In this document: positions 27,201-36,632 of the stretch, in pieces
How the letters are laid out: the number at the start of each line of letters is the position of its first letter
Numbering within the stretch: position 1 is the stretch's first letter
From: an uncultured Desulfobacteraceae bacterium
GTDB taxonomy: Bacteria; Desulfobacterota; Desulfobacteria; Desulfobacterales; UBA2174
Reading direction: 5' to 3'
NCBI GenBank assembly: GCA_937982505.1
Contig: CALJLV010000065.1
Coordinates: 75 to 64,074 of the forward strand
Length of the DNA: 64,000 nt
Translations under genes and position numbers: made by a program
The notes under the pieces: generated by a model
Database searches by the model: none
What the model was told of the DNA's origin: nothing
What the model saw: only the letters and a program-made list of their open reading frames with translations

Positions 27201-28627
27201 GCCGGAAAGGAGGCGGACGGATCGGCGCTTTCCCCGTCGCCGCCCGCCAGCACCGCGGCCACATCGATCCGGTACTTGCGCAGTTTCTGATTGAGCCCGC
27301 TCTTGCCGATGCCCAGAATTTCCGCCGCATGGGCCTGCACCCCGCCGGCCATGCGCAGGGCGCGCACAATCATGCGCCGCTCGACCAAGGCCAGGGTTTC
27401 GTACAGCTTGGCCTCCGCCGGGATCCCCCCCATGCGCAGGGCATTGGAAACCGTGTCGCGGAATTCCGCCGGCAGATCCTCGACGCGAATGGCGCTTTGC
27501 GGGCACAGAATCATGGCCCGCTCGATGACATTTTCCAGCTCCCGGATATTGCCCGGCCAGTGGTAGGTGTCGAAGAGCCGATCCACCGCGGCGTTGACCC
27601 CGACGATCGGTTCCCCGATCTGGCGCTCGGAGGCGTGTTTCTTGATGAAATGCGCCACCAGCAGCCGGATGTCCTCCTTGCGCTCGCGCAGCGGCGGCAG
27701 ATGGATGTGGACCACGTTGAGCCGGTAGAATAGATCCTCACGAAACCGGCCCTTGGCCATTTCAGCGCGCAGATGGCGGTTGGTAGCGGCGATGATCCGG
27801 ATGTCAACCGAAATGGGCTTGACGCTGCCGACCCGTTCGAAACTCTTCTCCTGAAGTACCCGCAGCAGCTTGGCCTGCAGGTTGGTGGGCAGCTCGCCGA
27901 TTTCATCCATGAACAGGGTCCCGCCGTCGGCGATTTCAAAGCGGCCTTTTTTCATGGCATGGGCCCCGGTGAAGGCCCCTTTTTCATGGCCGAACAACTC
28001 GCTTTCCAGCAGGCTTTCGGCCAGCGCGCTGCAGTTGACCGCCACGAAGGGCCGATCGGTGCGGGCACTGTTGAAGTGGATCGATTTGGCGATCAGTTCC
28101 TTTCCCGTCCCGCTCTCGCCTTCGATGAGGACCGTGGCGTTGGTGGGGGCCACCTTGCGCACGGTCTCGAAAACACTCTGCATCGACTTGCTTTTGCCGA
28201 TGATGTTGCCGAAACGGTACTGGTCGACCACGTGATGGCGCAGTCGGCGGTTTTCCTTGACCACCCGGTAGACCCCGATGGCCTTGTTGACGTAGACCAC
28301 CAGCTGCTGGTTGTCAAAGGGCTTGAGGATGTAGCTGTAGGCCCCTTTCTGCATCGCCTCGACCGCCTTGTCCACCGTCCCGTGGGCCGTCATCATGATC
28401 ACCGGCAGGTCGGCATCACGCTTCTTGATGCGTTCAAGCAACTCGATCCCGTCCATCTGGGGCATCTTCATGTCGGTGAGCACCAGATCGATATCCGCCT
28501 GATCGAGGGTCGCCAGGGCCTCCTGGCCGCTGTGGGCCACCAGGGTTTCAAAGCCTTCCTCCTCCAGGACGGCGCTCAGGATCAGGGGATAGTTCTTCTC
28601 GTCGTCCACGATCAGGACGGTTTCCAT
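27197..28627 (-). CDS. Sigma-54-dependent response regulator (REC-AAA+-Fis HTH; NtrC family)
   Basis: 476 aa. REC (LIVDDE...DLVLTDMKMP), Walker A GESGTGKE, GAFTGA loop ESELFGHEKGAFTGA, C-terminal HTH. Confidence 0.9.
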   Translation of the reverse strand: METVLIVDDEKNYPLILSAVLEEEGFETLVAHSGQEALATLDQADIDLVLTDMKMPQMDGIELLERIKKRDADLPVIMMTAHGTVDKAVEAMQKGAYSYILKPFDNQQLVVYVNKAIGVYRVVKENRRLRHHVVDQYRFGNIIGKSKSMQSVFETVRKVAPTNATVLIEGESGTGKELIAKSIHFNSARTDRPFVAVNCSALAESLLESELFGHEKGAFTGAHAMKKGRFEIADGGTLFMDEIGELPTNLQAKLLRVLQEKSFERVGSVKPISVDIRIIAATNRHLRAEMAKGRFREDLFYRLNVVHIHLPPLRERKEDIRLLVAHFIKKHASERQIGEPIVGVNAAVDRLFDTYHWPGNIRELENVIERAMILCPQSAIRVEDLPAEFRDTVSNALRMGGIPAEAKLYETLALVERRMIVRALRMAGGVQAHAAEILGIGKSGLNQKLRKYRIDVAAVLAGGDGESADPSASFPA

Positions 28628-28705
28628 GCTGCCTCGCCAAAACCTGAGGGGCCGCGGTGGCCCGGGTTGTCTGTGAAGGGTGCCGCCGGATCCGCGCGCA
28701 ATGGA

Positions 28706-30130
28706 TCAACCCGGCCGCAGCGGCAGGCGCACGATGACCCGCGCACCGCCTTCAGACCGGTTTTCGATGCGGACGTCACCGTGGTGGGCTTCGATGGTCT
28801 TGCGCACGATCCCCAGTCCGAGCCCCGTGCCCGTGTCCTTGGTGGTAAAGAACGGATCCCAGATCTTTTCCTTGTCTGGCTCGGGCAGTCCGTGGCCTTC
28901 ATCCTCGATGCAGACCACCGCCCAGCCGTCCTGGCAGCGGGTCCCGACCCGGATCTGCCCCCCGCCGGGCATGGCCTGCATGGCGTTGATCAAGATGTTG
29001 AGAAACGCCTGGTAGAGCATATCGGGGTCCATGGGAACAGGCGGCAGGGCATCATCGTAGCGCCGCTCCACCGGGCAGCCCTTGGCCTCCAGCTCGGATC
29101 CCAGGTTGTTGAGCACTTTCTCCAGGACCTCGGCGATCCGGCGTTCGACCAGGTTCGGCTGCCGGGGGCGGGCGTAATTGAGAAAATCGGTGATGATCCC
29201 GTTGAGGCGGCTCGACTCCTCGACGATGATCTGCGGAATGGTGGTGATGGGCGTGCCGCTGGCCAGTCGTTTCTTGAGCAGTTCCGCCGAACTGCGAATA
29301 ATCCCCAGCGGGTTGCGGATTTCGTGGCTCACCGCGGCGATCATCTCCCCGAGGCTCGACAGGTGCGCCGCCCGGCTCAGCTCCTCCTTGAGCCTCAGCC
29401 GCTCCAGGTTGCGCTGTTCGATGATGTGTTCCCCCCGTTTGACCACCAACACCAGAACGGCCAATAAGGTGCCGAGCACCAGCGTCGAGGTAATCATCAT
29501 GGCGATCTGGAAGGCAAACACGGCCTGGTAATCGGGGCTGATGTCCTGGACGATCTCCACCGCCCCCAGAACCGGCCCGCTGTCGAAAGACATGGGCCTT
29601 TCGGCCCGCAGGGGGGCATAGGTGGCCAGCCGGCTCTCTTCGGGAAATCCGAGCAGGATCTGCAGCCAGTTGCCCTTCTGGCGCAACCGGTTGAGGGTCT
29701 CTCCGGCCAGGGCGGCGCTGACCTCGCGGCCGCCGGCATCCGTCTTGCCGATCCGCCGGGTGTCAAAGCTGTAGGCGATGGTGCCCGAACGGTCGTAGAT
29801 ATTGACCATTTCCACCTGAAAGCTGTGAAAGGTGCTGCGAACGACCTTGTCCATCCGTTCGAACTGCTCCTCGCGGCGCAGCTCGATCTGCCCGTAGCGC
29901 ACCGCCACGGGTAGCACAAACTGGGTAAAGACCTGATGGTTGAGATTCTCGATGAGCAGACGGCTGTACTCTTCGCTCTTTTCGCGCAGCATGCTGCGCG
30001 CCCAGTGGGTGTTGGAAAGCGAGAGCACCAGGGTCCCCACCAGCACCAGCACCAGGCTGGTATAGGTAAAGTATTTCACCAGCTGAAAGGGTTTGGCCAG
30101 TTCAACACTGGTGGATCTGGACTTTGACAA
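28706..30130 (-). CDS. Sensor histidine kinase with a ~170-aa extracytoplasmic sensor domain between two TM helices
   Basis: 474 aa. H box AAVSHEIRNPLG. N/G boxes (NILINAMQAM, DEGHGL, TGTGLGLGI). The TTG start at 30130 is uncertain. Confidence 0.85.
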   Translation of the reverse strand: MSKSRSTSVELAKPFQLVKYFTYTSLVLVLVGTLVLSLSNTHWARSMLREKSEEYSRLLIENLNHQVFTQFVLPVAVRYGQIELRREEQFERMDKVVRSTFHSFQVEMVNIYDRSGTIAYSFDTRRIGKTDAGGREVSAALAGETLNRLRQKGNWLQILLGFPEESRLATYAPLRAERPMSFDSGPVLGAVEIVQDISPDYQAVFAFQIAMMITSTLVLGTLLAVLVLVVKRGEHIIEQRNLERLRLKEELSRAAHLSSLGEMIAAVSHEIRNPLGIIRSSAELLKKRLASGTPITTIPQIIVEESSRLNGIITDFLNYARPRQPNLVERRIAEVLEKVLNNLGSELEAKGCPVERRYDDALPPVPMDPDMLYQAFLNILINAMQAMPGGGQIRVGTRCQDGWAVVCIEDEGHGLPEPDKEKIWDPFFTTKDTGTGLGLGIVRKTIEAHHGDVRIENRSEGGARVIVRLPLRPG

Positions 30131-30340
30131 GGTTTCGAACCGCCGGACTGGTCTTCGGGTGGATCTCAGGGTGATAAAACTTGAATGCCCGCATGTTAGG
30201 AAAAGCCACCGTCAAAGTCAAGGCAGCCGTGGGCGGTCCAATAGCGGCCATCAGTCCCGGAAGACGGCCTCCCCGGCGCCGGGTAGCACCATCGCACCAC
30301 CATATCTGGTATGGATGAAGAGGCGCCCACAAAATAAGGT

Positions 30341-30367
30341 AATTATGTATCAATTATAGATAATTAT
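30341..30367. repeat. Three helically phased AATTAT repeats in the AT-rich pil/two-component divergent control region
   Basis: AATTAT at 30341, 30352 and 30362 (ggtAATTATgtatcAATTATagatAATTATattt), directly followed by an A7 tract and a TTGACA hexamer. Confidence 0.6.
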
Positions 30368-30379
30368 ATTTAAAAAAAC

Positions 30380-30409
30380 TTGACAGGACATCCGGCCGGC
30401 GACGATGAT
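30380..30409 (+). promoter_or_regulatory. Candidate sigma-70 promoter for the HTH-pilMNOPQ operon (TTGACA-18-GATGAT, A-tract UP-like element)
   Basis: TTGACA 30380-30385 preceded by taaaaaaa. The -10 candidate GATGAT at 30404-30409 is imperfect. Confidence 0.4.
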
Positions 30410-30509
30410 AGGGTCGTCGAATCTTTCCACCCTTCAATGAATGCCAGACATCTTTGGCCCGTCTGGCCGGCGGCGGCTGAACGTTGCCCGAATCCCAAGG
30501 GGGCTGCCC

Positions 30510-30719
30510 ATGAGCATATCGAAAAGCCCGTTGCAGGAAATCCGCGAATCCCTTCTGATGAGCAAGGCCGAGCTTGCCCGCAAGGCCCACGTTTCCCCCA
30601 TCACCATCACGCGGATCGAAAAAGGGATGCCCTGCCGGATGGAAACCCAACGCAAGATCCTCCTGGCCCTCGGCATGAACCTGACCGAGAAGAATCGGAT
30701 TTTTAACAACCTGAACTAG
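30510..30719 (+). CDS. Small XRE-family helix-turn-helix protein (69 aa), first gene of the pil operon
   Basis: ATG 30510 after AAGGGGG. LLMSKAELARKAHVSPITITRIEKG is an XRE/Cro-type HTH. Ends 9 nt before pilM. Confidence 0.7.
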   Translation: MSISKSPLQEIRESLLMSKAELARKAHVSPITITRIEKGMPCRMETQRKILLALGMNLTEKNRIFNNLN

Positions 30720-30728
30720 AGGCCCAAG

Positions 30729-31784
30729 ATGCTGTTCAGCAAAAAGATCAATCTCGTGGGGCTGGATATCGGGTCGCGGGTGATCAAGGCCGGACAAGTC
30801 CTCGACACCAAAAAAGGTCACAGCCTGGTCCGCTTTGCCATGGCGGATATCGCCCCGGGCATCATCGAAGACGGACAGGTGAAAAATCCCACCGCCGGGG
30901 CCCAGGCCATCAGGGATCTGTGGCGAGAACACCACTTCAAGGATCAGAACGTGGCCATCTCCGTGGGAGGCTATTCGGTGATCGTCAAGAAGATCGCCGT
31001 CCAGAGCATGAGCGAGGAGCAGCTTCACGAAACCATCCAGTTCGAGGCCGAACAGTACATCCCCTTCGATATCAACGAGGTGAACATCGATTTCCAGATC
31101 CTCGGCGACAGCGAAGGAGGGGCCAACCTGATGAACGTTCTGCTGGTGGCCGCCAAAAAAGAAATGGTCAACGACTACATCAACCTGGTGCAAATGGCAG
31201 GGCTCAATCCCTGCGTGATCGACGTCGACGCCTTTGCCCTGCAGAATATTTACGAACTGAATTACCGCAACGTGGACGAAAATGTGGCACTGATCGACAT
31301 CGGCGCCAGCAAGACCAGCCTGAACATCCTCAAGGGAATGCAATCGGTCTTCATGCGCGATGTGTCCCTGGGATGCGGGCAGATCAACCAGCGGATCATG
31401 TCGCTCATCGACTGCAGCCCCCAGGAGGCCGAACGCATCAAGCTCACCAAACGCAGCGAGTCGGTATCGGTGGCGGACATGTCCGGGATCGTCACCGCCG
31501 TGGTCACCGACTGGTGCAACGAAATCCGGCGGGCGCTTGATTTTTTCTACTCCACCTACCCCGAGGACCAGATCAAACGCATCCTGTTGAGCGGCGGGGG
31601 TGCGCGCATCGAGGAATTCCGCGACCTGCTGGCGGCCGACACCTCCGCCGAAGTGGAGACCATCCAACCGTTTCAGGCCTTCGAGATCGAAAAGGACCGT
31701 TTCGACGGAAAGTTCCTGGACCAAGCGGGCCCCCAGGCGGCGATTTGCATGGGACTGGCCATCCGGAAGGTCGATGACAAATGA
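30729..31784 (+). CDS. pilM: Type IV pilus assembly protein PilM (actin-like ATPase fold)
   Basis: 351 aa. LVGLDIGSRVIKA..., ...IDIGASKTSLNI... Followed by pilNOPQ with overlapping or abutting junctions. Confidence 0.9.
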   Translation: MLFSKKINLVGLDIGSRVIKAGQVLDTKKGHSLVRFAMADIAPGIIEDGQVKNPTAGAQAIRDLWREHHFKDQNVAISVGGYSVIVKKIAVQSMSEEQLHETIQFEAEQYIPFDINEVNIDFQILGDSEGGANLMNVLLVAAKKEMVNDYINLVQMAGLNPCVIDVDAFALQNIYELNYRNVDENVALIDIGASKTSLNILKGMQSVFMRDVSLGCGQINQRIMSLIDCSPQEAERIKLTKRSESVSVADMSGIVTAVVTDWCNEIRRALDFFYSTYPEDQIKRILLSGGGARIEEFRDLLAADTSAEVETIQPFQAFEIEKDRFDGKFLDQAGPQAAICMGLAIRKVDDK

Positions 31785-32371
31785 TACGCATTAATCTTCT
31801 GCCCTTTCGCGCCGCTCGCAAAAAGGAAAATGTCCGGCGGCAGGTGTCCGTCTTCATCCTGACCATGTTCCTGGTCCTGGCCGCCCTGAGCTGGTTTCAC
31901 ATATCGCTCGGCGCGCGGGTGGAGGATGCCCAGCGGCGGGTGGAAGAGACCCGGGGAGAGCTCAAGAAGCTCGAGGCCCAGCTCAAGGAAATCGAGCGCA
32001 TCCGCAAGGTTCTGGATACCATCCAGCGCAAAACGGCGGTCATCGAGGATCTGGAGCTCAACCGCGAGGCGGCCGTGCGCCTGATGGCGGCCATGACCCA
32101 AGTGGTGATCCGGGATCGGCTCTATCTGACCCGCCTGCGGATGAGCGGCACCCAGGTGGAACTCGACGGGATCGCCGCCGACAACCAGACCATCGCCGAT
32201 TTCATGACGCGGCTGGAAGAATCGGGACTCTTCAACAAAGTGGACCTCAATGCCACCGCCGCCGAGAAGACCAAAAGCGGTCTGACACTGCAGAAATTCA
32301 GCATCATCGGGGCCAAAAAGCCTCTGGTGCGCCCTGCGGCGGCCGCGTCGACAGCCAAGAAGGCGGGATGA
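31781..32371 (+). CDS. pilN: Type IV pilus assembly protein PilN
   Basis: 196 aa. N-terminal MIRINLLPFR motif, a single TM and a coiled coil. ATGA overlap with pilM. Confidence 0.85.
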   Translation: MIRINLLPFRAARKKENVRRQVSVFILTMFLVLAALSWFHISLGARVEDAQRRVEETRGELKKLEAQLKEIERIRKVLDTIQRKTAVIEDLELNREAAVRLMAAMTQVVIRDRLYLTRLRMSGTQVELDGIAADNQTIADFMTRLEESGLFNKVDLNATAAEKTKSGLTLQKFSIIGAKKPLVRPAAAASTAKKAG

Positions 32372-33012
32372 AAATGAAAGACACCAGTTTCGGCGAAAAA
32401 TTGAAGCCCCTCGTCGAGCGCATCCAGAAACTGACGGTCCTCCAGGGCGTTCTGATCTACGCGCTGATGATCGTCCTGCTGGCCGGTGGTTTCGTCTATT
32501 TTTCGTACATGCCCAAGTATCAGCGGCTGCAGGAGCTGGAAACCGAATTTCAGGATCTGGAAACCAAACTGGCGCGGGCGCGTCAAACCGCGCGACAGCT
32601 GCCGGCCCTGAAAAAGGAACTGGCCGACGCCGAGGTCCGCTTCAACACGGTTCAGCGTGCGCTGCCGGAAAAGCAGGAAATCCCTTCACTGCTGGCCAGC
32701 GTCAGCCGATCGGGCAGCGAGGTCGGCCTGGATTTTCTCCTCTTTCAACCCAAGACCGAGGTCGGCCGCGAATTCTATGCCGAAATTCCAGTCGATATCC
32801 GGGTTCAGGGCAGTTTTCACAGCGTCGGGCTCTTTTTCGACCGTGTCGCCCACCTGCCGCGGATCGTCAACATTCTGGACGTCACGATGGTGCCTGAAAA
32901 GGGGGCCAAGGGCCCCTACAGCAGCCTGGTGACCTCTTGCACGGCGACGACCTACAAGTTCCTGGATGCGCCGCCGGCCCAGGACAAAAAGCCGTCCCCC
33001 AAAAGAAAGTGA
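32368..33012 (+). CDS. pilO: Type IV pilus assembly protein PilO
   Basis: 214 aa. TM, coiled coil, and a C-terminal ferredoxin-like region (...EIPVDIRVQGSFHSVGLFFDRVAHLPRIVNI...). Confidence 0.8.
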   Translation: MKMKDTSFGEKLKPLVERIQKLTVLQGVLIYALMIVLLAGGFVYFSYMPKYQRLQELETEFQDLETKLARARQTARQLPALKKELADAEVRFNTVQRALPEKQEIPSLLASVSRSGSEVGLDFLLFQPKTEVGREFYAEIPVDIRVQGSFHSVGLFFDRVAHLPRIVNILDVTMVPEKGAKGPYSSLVTSCTATTYKFLDAPPAQDKKPSPKRK

Positions 33013-33018
33013 TGGATC

Positions 33019-33876
33019 ATGGCCAGATGTCGGATACCGATCCTCCTCTGTCTCGCCTGCCTCTGGGCCGGCCTGCTGCTGTTCGCCTGCAGCCCCGCGG
33101 AGGAAGCGCCAGCGCCCGCGCAGCGGGTGGTCAAGGGCAAAATCCCACAGGCCGGACCGGCCGCCGCGCCGACCGCGCAACCGGTCCCGGCGCCGCCGCC
33201 CCCGGCGCCGGCCGATCCACCATCGGTTGCCCCCCCCGCGCCGGTATCGAAGCCGGACGAAACACCAACGGCCATGACGCCTCCGACGCCGGACTCTGCG
33301 CCGGTGCCGCCGCCTGCGGCACCGGCCGATCCGTCAGCGGTGCAGCAGCCCCCGCCGCCTGTCGCGCCCGCCTCCCAGGAGCAGAGCGTGGCGCCGTCGG
33401 CGCCTTCCCCGATGGCGGGAGAGATCCGTCCGGAAGAGGCCGCCCTACGGGAAACGCGCGCCCCCATCGATCTGAGCGACCTGCTCTCTTTCGAAAAGCC
33501 GTTCAGCTACGAGCCGGAAGACAAGCTCGATCCTTTCGTGGCGGTCTTCGAAACCCAGGAACCCACCGAGATCGAAGCCGAGGAAGGCCAACCACCCAAA
33601 CGGGTCCCCCAGTCGCCCCTGGAAATGGTCGACCTGAGCCAGCTCAAGCTGACCGGGGTGATTCTGGCCCCCAGCGGCAACCGCGCCCTGGTGCAGGACG
33701 CCAGCGGCAAGGGCTACATCGTCCACATGGGAACCTACCTCGGCAACCGCGAGGGTCAGGTCACCCGGATCCTTTCGGATCGGCTGATCGTCACCGAAAA
33801 GAGCCAGGACAGCCTCGGCCGGGCCGTTTCCGTAGAGCGTGAGATCAAACTTCCGAAACCCCCTGGAGAGATGTGA
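33019..33876 (+). CDS. pilP: Type IV pilus lipoprotein PilP with a long Pro/Ala-rich linker
   Basis: 285 aa. Lipobox LLLFAC. About 130 aa of P/A-rich linker. C-terminal beta-domain (LKLTGVILAPSGNRALVQDASGKGYIV..G..LG). Confidence 0.7.
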   Translation: MARCRIPILLCLACLWAGLLLFACSPAEEAPAPAQRVVKGKIPQAGPAAAPTAQPVPAPPPPAPADPPSVAPPAPVSKPDETPTAMTPPTPDSAPVPPPAAPADPSAVQQPPPPVAPASQEQSVAPSAPSPMAGEIRPEEAALRETRAPIDLSDLLSFEKPFSYEPEDKLDPFVAVFETQEPTEIEAEEGQPPKRVPQSPLEMVDLSQLKLTGVILAPSGNRALVQDASGKGYIVHMGTYLGNREGQVTRILSDRLIVTEKSQDSLGRAVSVEREIKLPKPPGEM

Positions 33877-33877
33877 A

Positions 33878-36508
33878 ATGAGCACAGCAATGAAACGCCA
33901 CACGTTCTGGGGCGCCATCGCCGTCATCTTCTGGCTGGCGGCCGTCGTGAGCGGATGCGCCGCCCCGCAGGGGGCCCCGGCCCCGGGTGCCGCCCAGCCC
34001 CAGCCCCCCCCGGCCAAGCGGATACTGGGCATCGTGGCTGAAAGCGGCCCCGAGACGGATCGGATTCGCCTCCTGGGCAATCAGGCCCTGACCTTCACCG
34101 CCGTCGGCCAGACGACCCCGCTGGGGGTGGTACTCGATTTCCCCGATACCACCCTGTCGCTGGAGGCCTTGTCCCTGGAGGCCGTGGCGCTGTCCCCGAC
34201 CCTGGCCGAAGTGCGCTCCTCAGAGCAGCCCGGCGACACGACCACGGCGCGCGTCGAGATTCTAATGGATCAGGAAGCCGTCTATGAAGCGGTCCAGGAC
34301 GGCAACGACGTGGTGGTCAGCTTCACGCGTCCGGCGGCCCCGGAGACGGGCGCCGCGGCCAAGGCGGACGCCTTGCCGAAAGCCCCCCCTGCCGGCGACG
34401 CCCCCGCGGCCACCATGCTGCAGGCCATCACCGCCCAACGCCTGGAAAACGGCGCCGAAATCCGCATCCGCGCCGACGGCCCCATCGAGGACTACGCCTC
34501 TTTTGCACTGAGCGACCCGGATCGTATCGTTTACGATCTGTACGGACTGAAAAGTCCGTACCGCAAAGAGCAGACCATCGAAGTCAACACGCCGCGCCTG
34601 GCTAGGGTGCGTCACTACGCGGACAGGGAAAAACTGCGCGTGGTCCTGGACAGCGACGCCGAAAACTTCGGAGCCACCTCGGCTTTGCCGGTGCAGGACG
34701 GCCTCTTGATCCAGGTGGGACCGGTGGCCCGCCCTGAAGCGGCCACGGCCCTTCCCGCCGACGCCGCGGGATCCGACCTGGCCTGGGTCAACCGGATCGA
34801 TTTTTCGGCCGAACCCTCGGGAAGATCGGTGGTCACCATCGGCACCACGCGACCGGTAGCGTATGATCTGGTGCAGATTGACGAGCGCCGCCTGGAGTTG
34901 AAACTCGCCGAGGCGCAGATTCCCGGCTTCCGGCGCCGCCCCCTGGTGACGACCCGGTTCGAGAGCGCCGTGGACCGCGTGATCCCGGTCCAACACCACC
35001 GGCTCAAAGATACCGGCCTGATCACCATCGAGCTGCGCGAGGCGGTGCCCTATACCGTAGAACGGGTCGACAACCTGATCATGGTCCACTTCGACCCCTC
35101 CGCCGTGCCGCCCCAAACGGCAGAGCTGGCCGACCCGCCCGAATGGCAGCCGGCGGCGGCCGACACGGTCCGGCGGCCCGAACGACCGGCCGTCGAGGCC
35201 GTCAGCGCCGATTCGGGGCCCTCCGCGGCGGCGGGATCGCCGGCCGCCGCAGCCGTTCTGACCGCCCCGAAAACCTTCACCGGCGAGAAGATTGCGCTGG
35301 ATTTCTATGAGACCGACATCAAGAATGTCTTTCGCATCCTGCGCGAGGTGAGCGGCAAGAACTTTGCCATCGATCAGGACGTGCGCGGAACGGTGACCCT
35401 GACCCTGGACAAGCCGGTCCCCTGGGACCAGGTCCTGGAGCTGGTGCTCAAGATGAACCAGCTCGGGAAAACTTACGAGGGCGACATCATCCGCATCGCC
35501 ACCCTCAAGACCCTGCTGCAGGAGGAAAAGCTGCGCCAGGACACCCTGGCCGAGATGCAGAAATCCCGCGAACAGCAAAAAGCCCTCGAGCCCCTGGTCA
35601 CCGACTACATCGCCATCAATTACGCCACGGTGACGGATGTTGAACAAAAGATCAAGGACCTGATCACCAAGGACTATGGGCACTACGTCGTCGACGAACG
35701 CAACAGCCAGCTCATCGTCACGGACACGGCCCAGAAGATCAAGGAGATCCGCGAGCGCGTGGAACGGCTGGACAGGATCACCCCCCAGGTGCTCATCGAA
35801 GCGCGCATCGTGGAAGCCACCAAGAACTTTTCACGCCAGCTGGGCACCACCTTCGGCATCGGTCCGGGCGCGGCTTCGTTCAACAGCGACACCCTGGGCG
35901 GTGACTGGAACCTCTCACTGACCTCCAACTTCCCCCAGGGAACGCCCGTGGGGTCGGGGCCGGGGATCGCCTTCGATTTTTCCCGCCTGGTGGGATCTCC
36001 GCTGGCCATCAATGCGGCCATCGACGCCGCCGAAAGCGAAGGGGAAACCAAGATCATCAGCTCGCCGCGCATCCTGACCAAGAACGATGCCGAGGCCATG
36101 ATCAGCCAGGGTCTGACCACCTATCAAACCATCCTGGTGGACGGGACGCCCACCCAGGAAGAAGTGGAAATCAACCTGGAATTGAACGTCAAGCCCCTGG
36201 TGAAGCAGGACAACCGGATCAACATGACCATCAAGGTCAAAAAGGAGGATTTCGCCGGACTGGTGGCCGGCAACGTCTCCAAATCCACCAGCGAAGCGAC
36301 CACCGAGCTTCTGGTCAACGACGGCGAAACCATCGTCATCGGCGGCATTACCAAAAGCAACGATTCCCTCGCCGAGGAAGGCTTTCCCGGCTTGCGCAAG
36401 GTGCCCGTCCTGGGATGGCTGTTCAAGTCCACGGACAAGCAGACCAGCAAAAGTGAACTGATGATTTTCATCACCCCGAGAATCGTGAGCCTGGAACCGG
36501 CTCAGTGA
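33878..36508 (+). CDS. pilQ: Type IV pilus secretin PilQ (AMIN domains + secretin)
   Basis: 876 aa from ATG 33878. Signal/lipobox-like N-terminus (AAVVSGCA). Two AMIN-like repeats. Secretin C-domain (...VLIEARIVEA..., ...GETIVIGGI..., PGLRKVPVLGWLF). Confidence 0.9.
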   Translation: MSTAMKRHTFWGAIAVIFWLAAVVSGCAAPQGAPAPGAAQPQPPPAKRILGIVAESGPETDRIRLLGNQALTFTAVGQTTPLGVVLDFPDTTLSLEALSLEAVALSPTLAEVRSSEQPGDTTTARVEILMDQEAVYEAVQDGNDVVVSFTRPAAPETGAAAKADALPKAPPAGDAPAATMLQAITAQRLENGAEIRIRADGPIEDYASFALSDPDRIVYDLYGLKSPYRKEQTIEVNTPRLARVRHYADREKLRVVLDSDAENFGATSALPVQDGLLIQVGPVARPEAATALPADAAGSDLAWVNRIDFSAEPSGRSVVTIGTTRPVAYDLVQIDERRLELKLAEAQIPGFRRRPLVTTRFESAVDRVIPVQHHRLKDTGLITIELREAVPYTVERVDNLIMVHFDPSAVPPQTAELADPPEWQPAAADTVRRPERPAVEAVSADSGPSAAAGSPAAAAVLTAPKTFTGEKIALDFYETDIKNVFRILREVSGKNFAIDQDVRGTVTLTLDKPVPWDQVLELVLKMNQLGKTYEGDIIRIATLKTLLQEEKLRQDTLAEMQKSREQQKALEPLVTDYIAINYATVTDVEQKIKDLITKDYGHYVVDERNSQLIVTDTAQKIKEIRERVERLDRITPQVLIEARIVEATKNFSRQLGTTFGIGPGAASFNSDTLGGDWNLSLTSNFPQGTPVGSGPGIAFDFSRLVGSPLAINAAIDAAESEGETKIISSPRILTKNDAEAMISQGLTTYQTILVDGTPTQEEVEINLELNVKPLVKQDNRINMTIKVKKEDFAGLVAGNVSKSTSEATTELLVNDGETIVIGGITKSNDSLAEEGFPGLRKVPVLGWLFKSTDKQTSKSELMIFITPRIVSLEPAQ

Positions 36509-36533
36509 CCCTCCGGGTCACTGGCACAGAGTA

Positions 36534-36574
36534 CCGGCGGATGGGCCGCGATGGCCCACCCGCCGGCTGCTTTT
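36534..36574 (+). terminator. Intrinsic terminator after pilQ
   Basis: CCGGCGGATGGGCC-gcgat-GGCCCACCCGCCGG (14-bp stem, one A-C mismatch) followed by ctgcTTTT. Confidence 0.65.
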
Positions 36575-36632
36575 AGGAGGGAAGGGGCTCCTGGACCGCC
36601 GGCGCCCGGGGATGGCATGGCATGGGCGGCGG

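Noticed and set aside
30093-30359. 88-aa (plus) and 83-aa (minus, 30102..30353) ORFs in the AT-rich pil control region
   Set aside because: They have no SD and an odd composition, and they overlap each other on opposite strands within a promoter region. They are most likely non-coding.
30510-30719. Small XRE-HTH gene as the antitoxin of a toxin-antitoxin pair
   Set aside because: No small toxin-like ORF lies adjacent. The next gene, 9 nt away, is pilM, and the upstream side is a 379-nt promoter region.
24049-31724. Series of long antisense ORFs (24049..25938, 25938..27506, 27773..29467, 30354..31724)
   Set aside because: Each lies opposite a motif-supported gene (feoB, MBL/SH3/TPR, RR/HK, pilM). 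Their composition is low-complexity. None has a convincing SD or start context.
33100-33450. GC-rich imperfect DNA repeats that could suggest a tandem-repeat or CRISPR-like array
   Set aside because: They are the coding image of the Pro/Ala-rich PilP linker. There are no regular repeat-spacer units.
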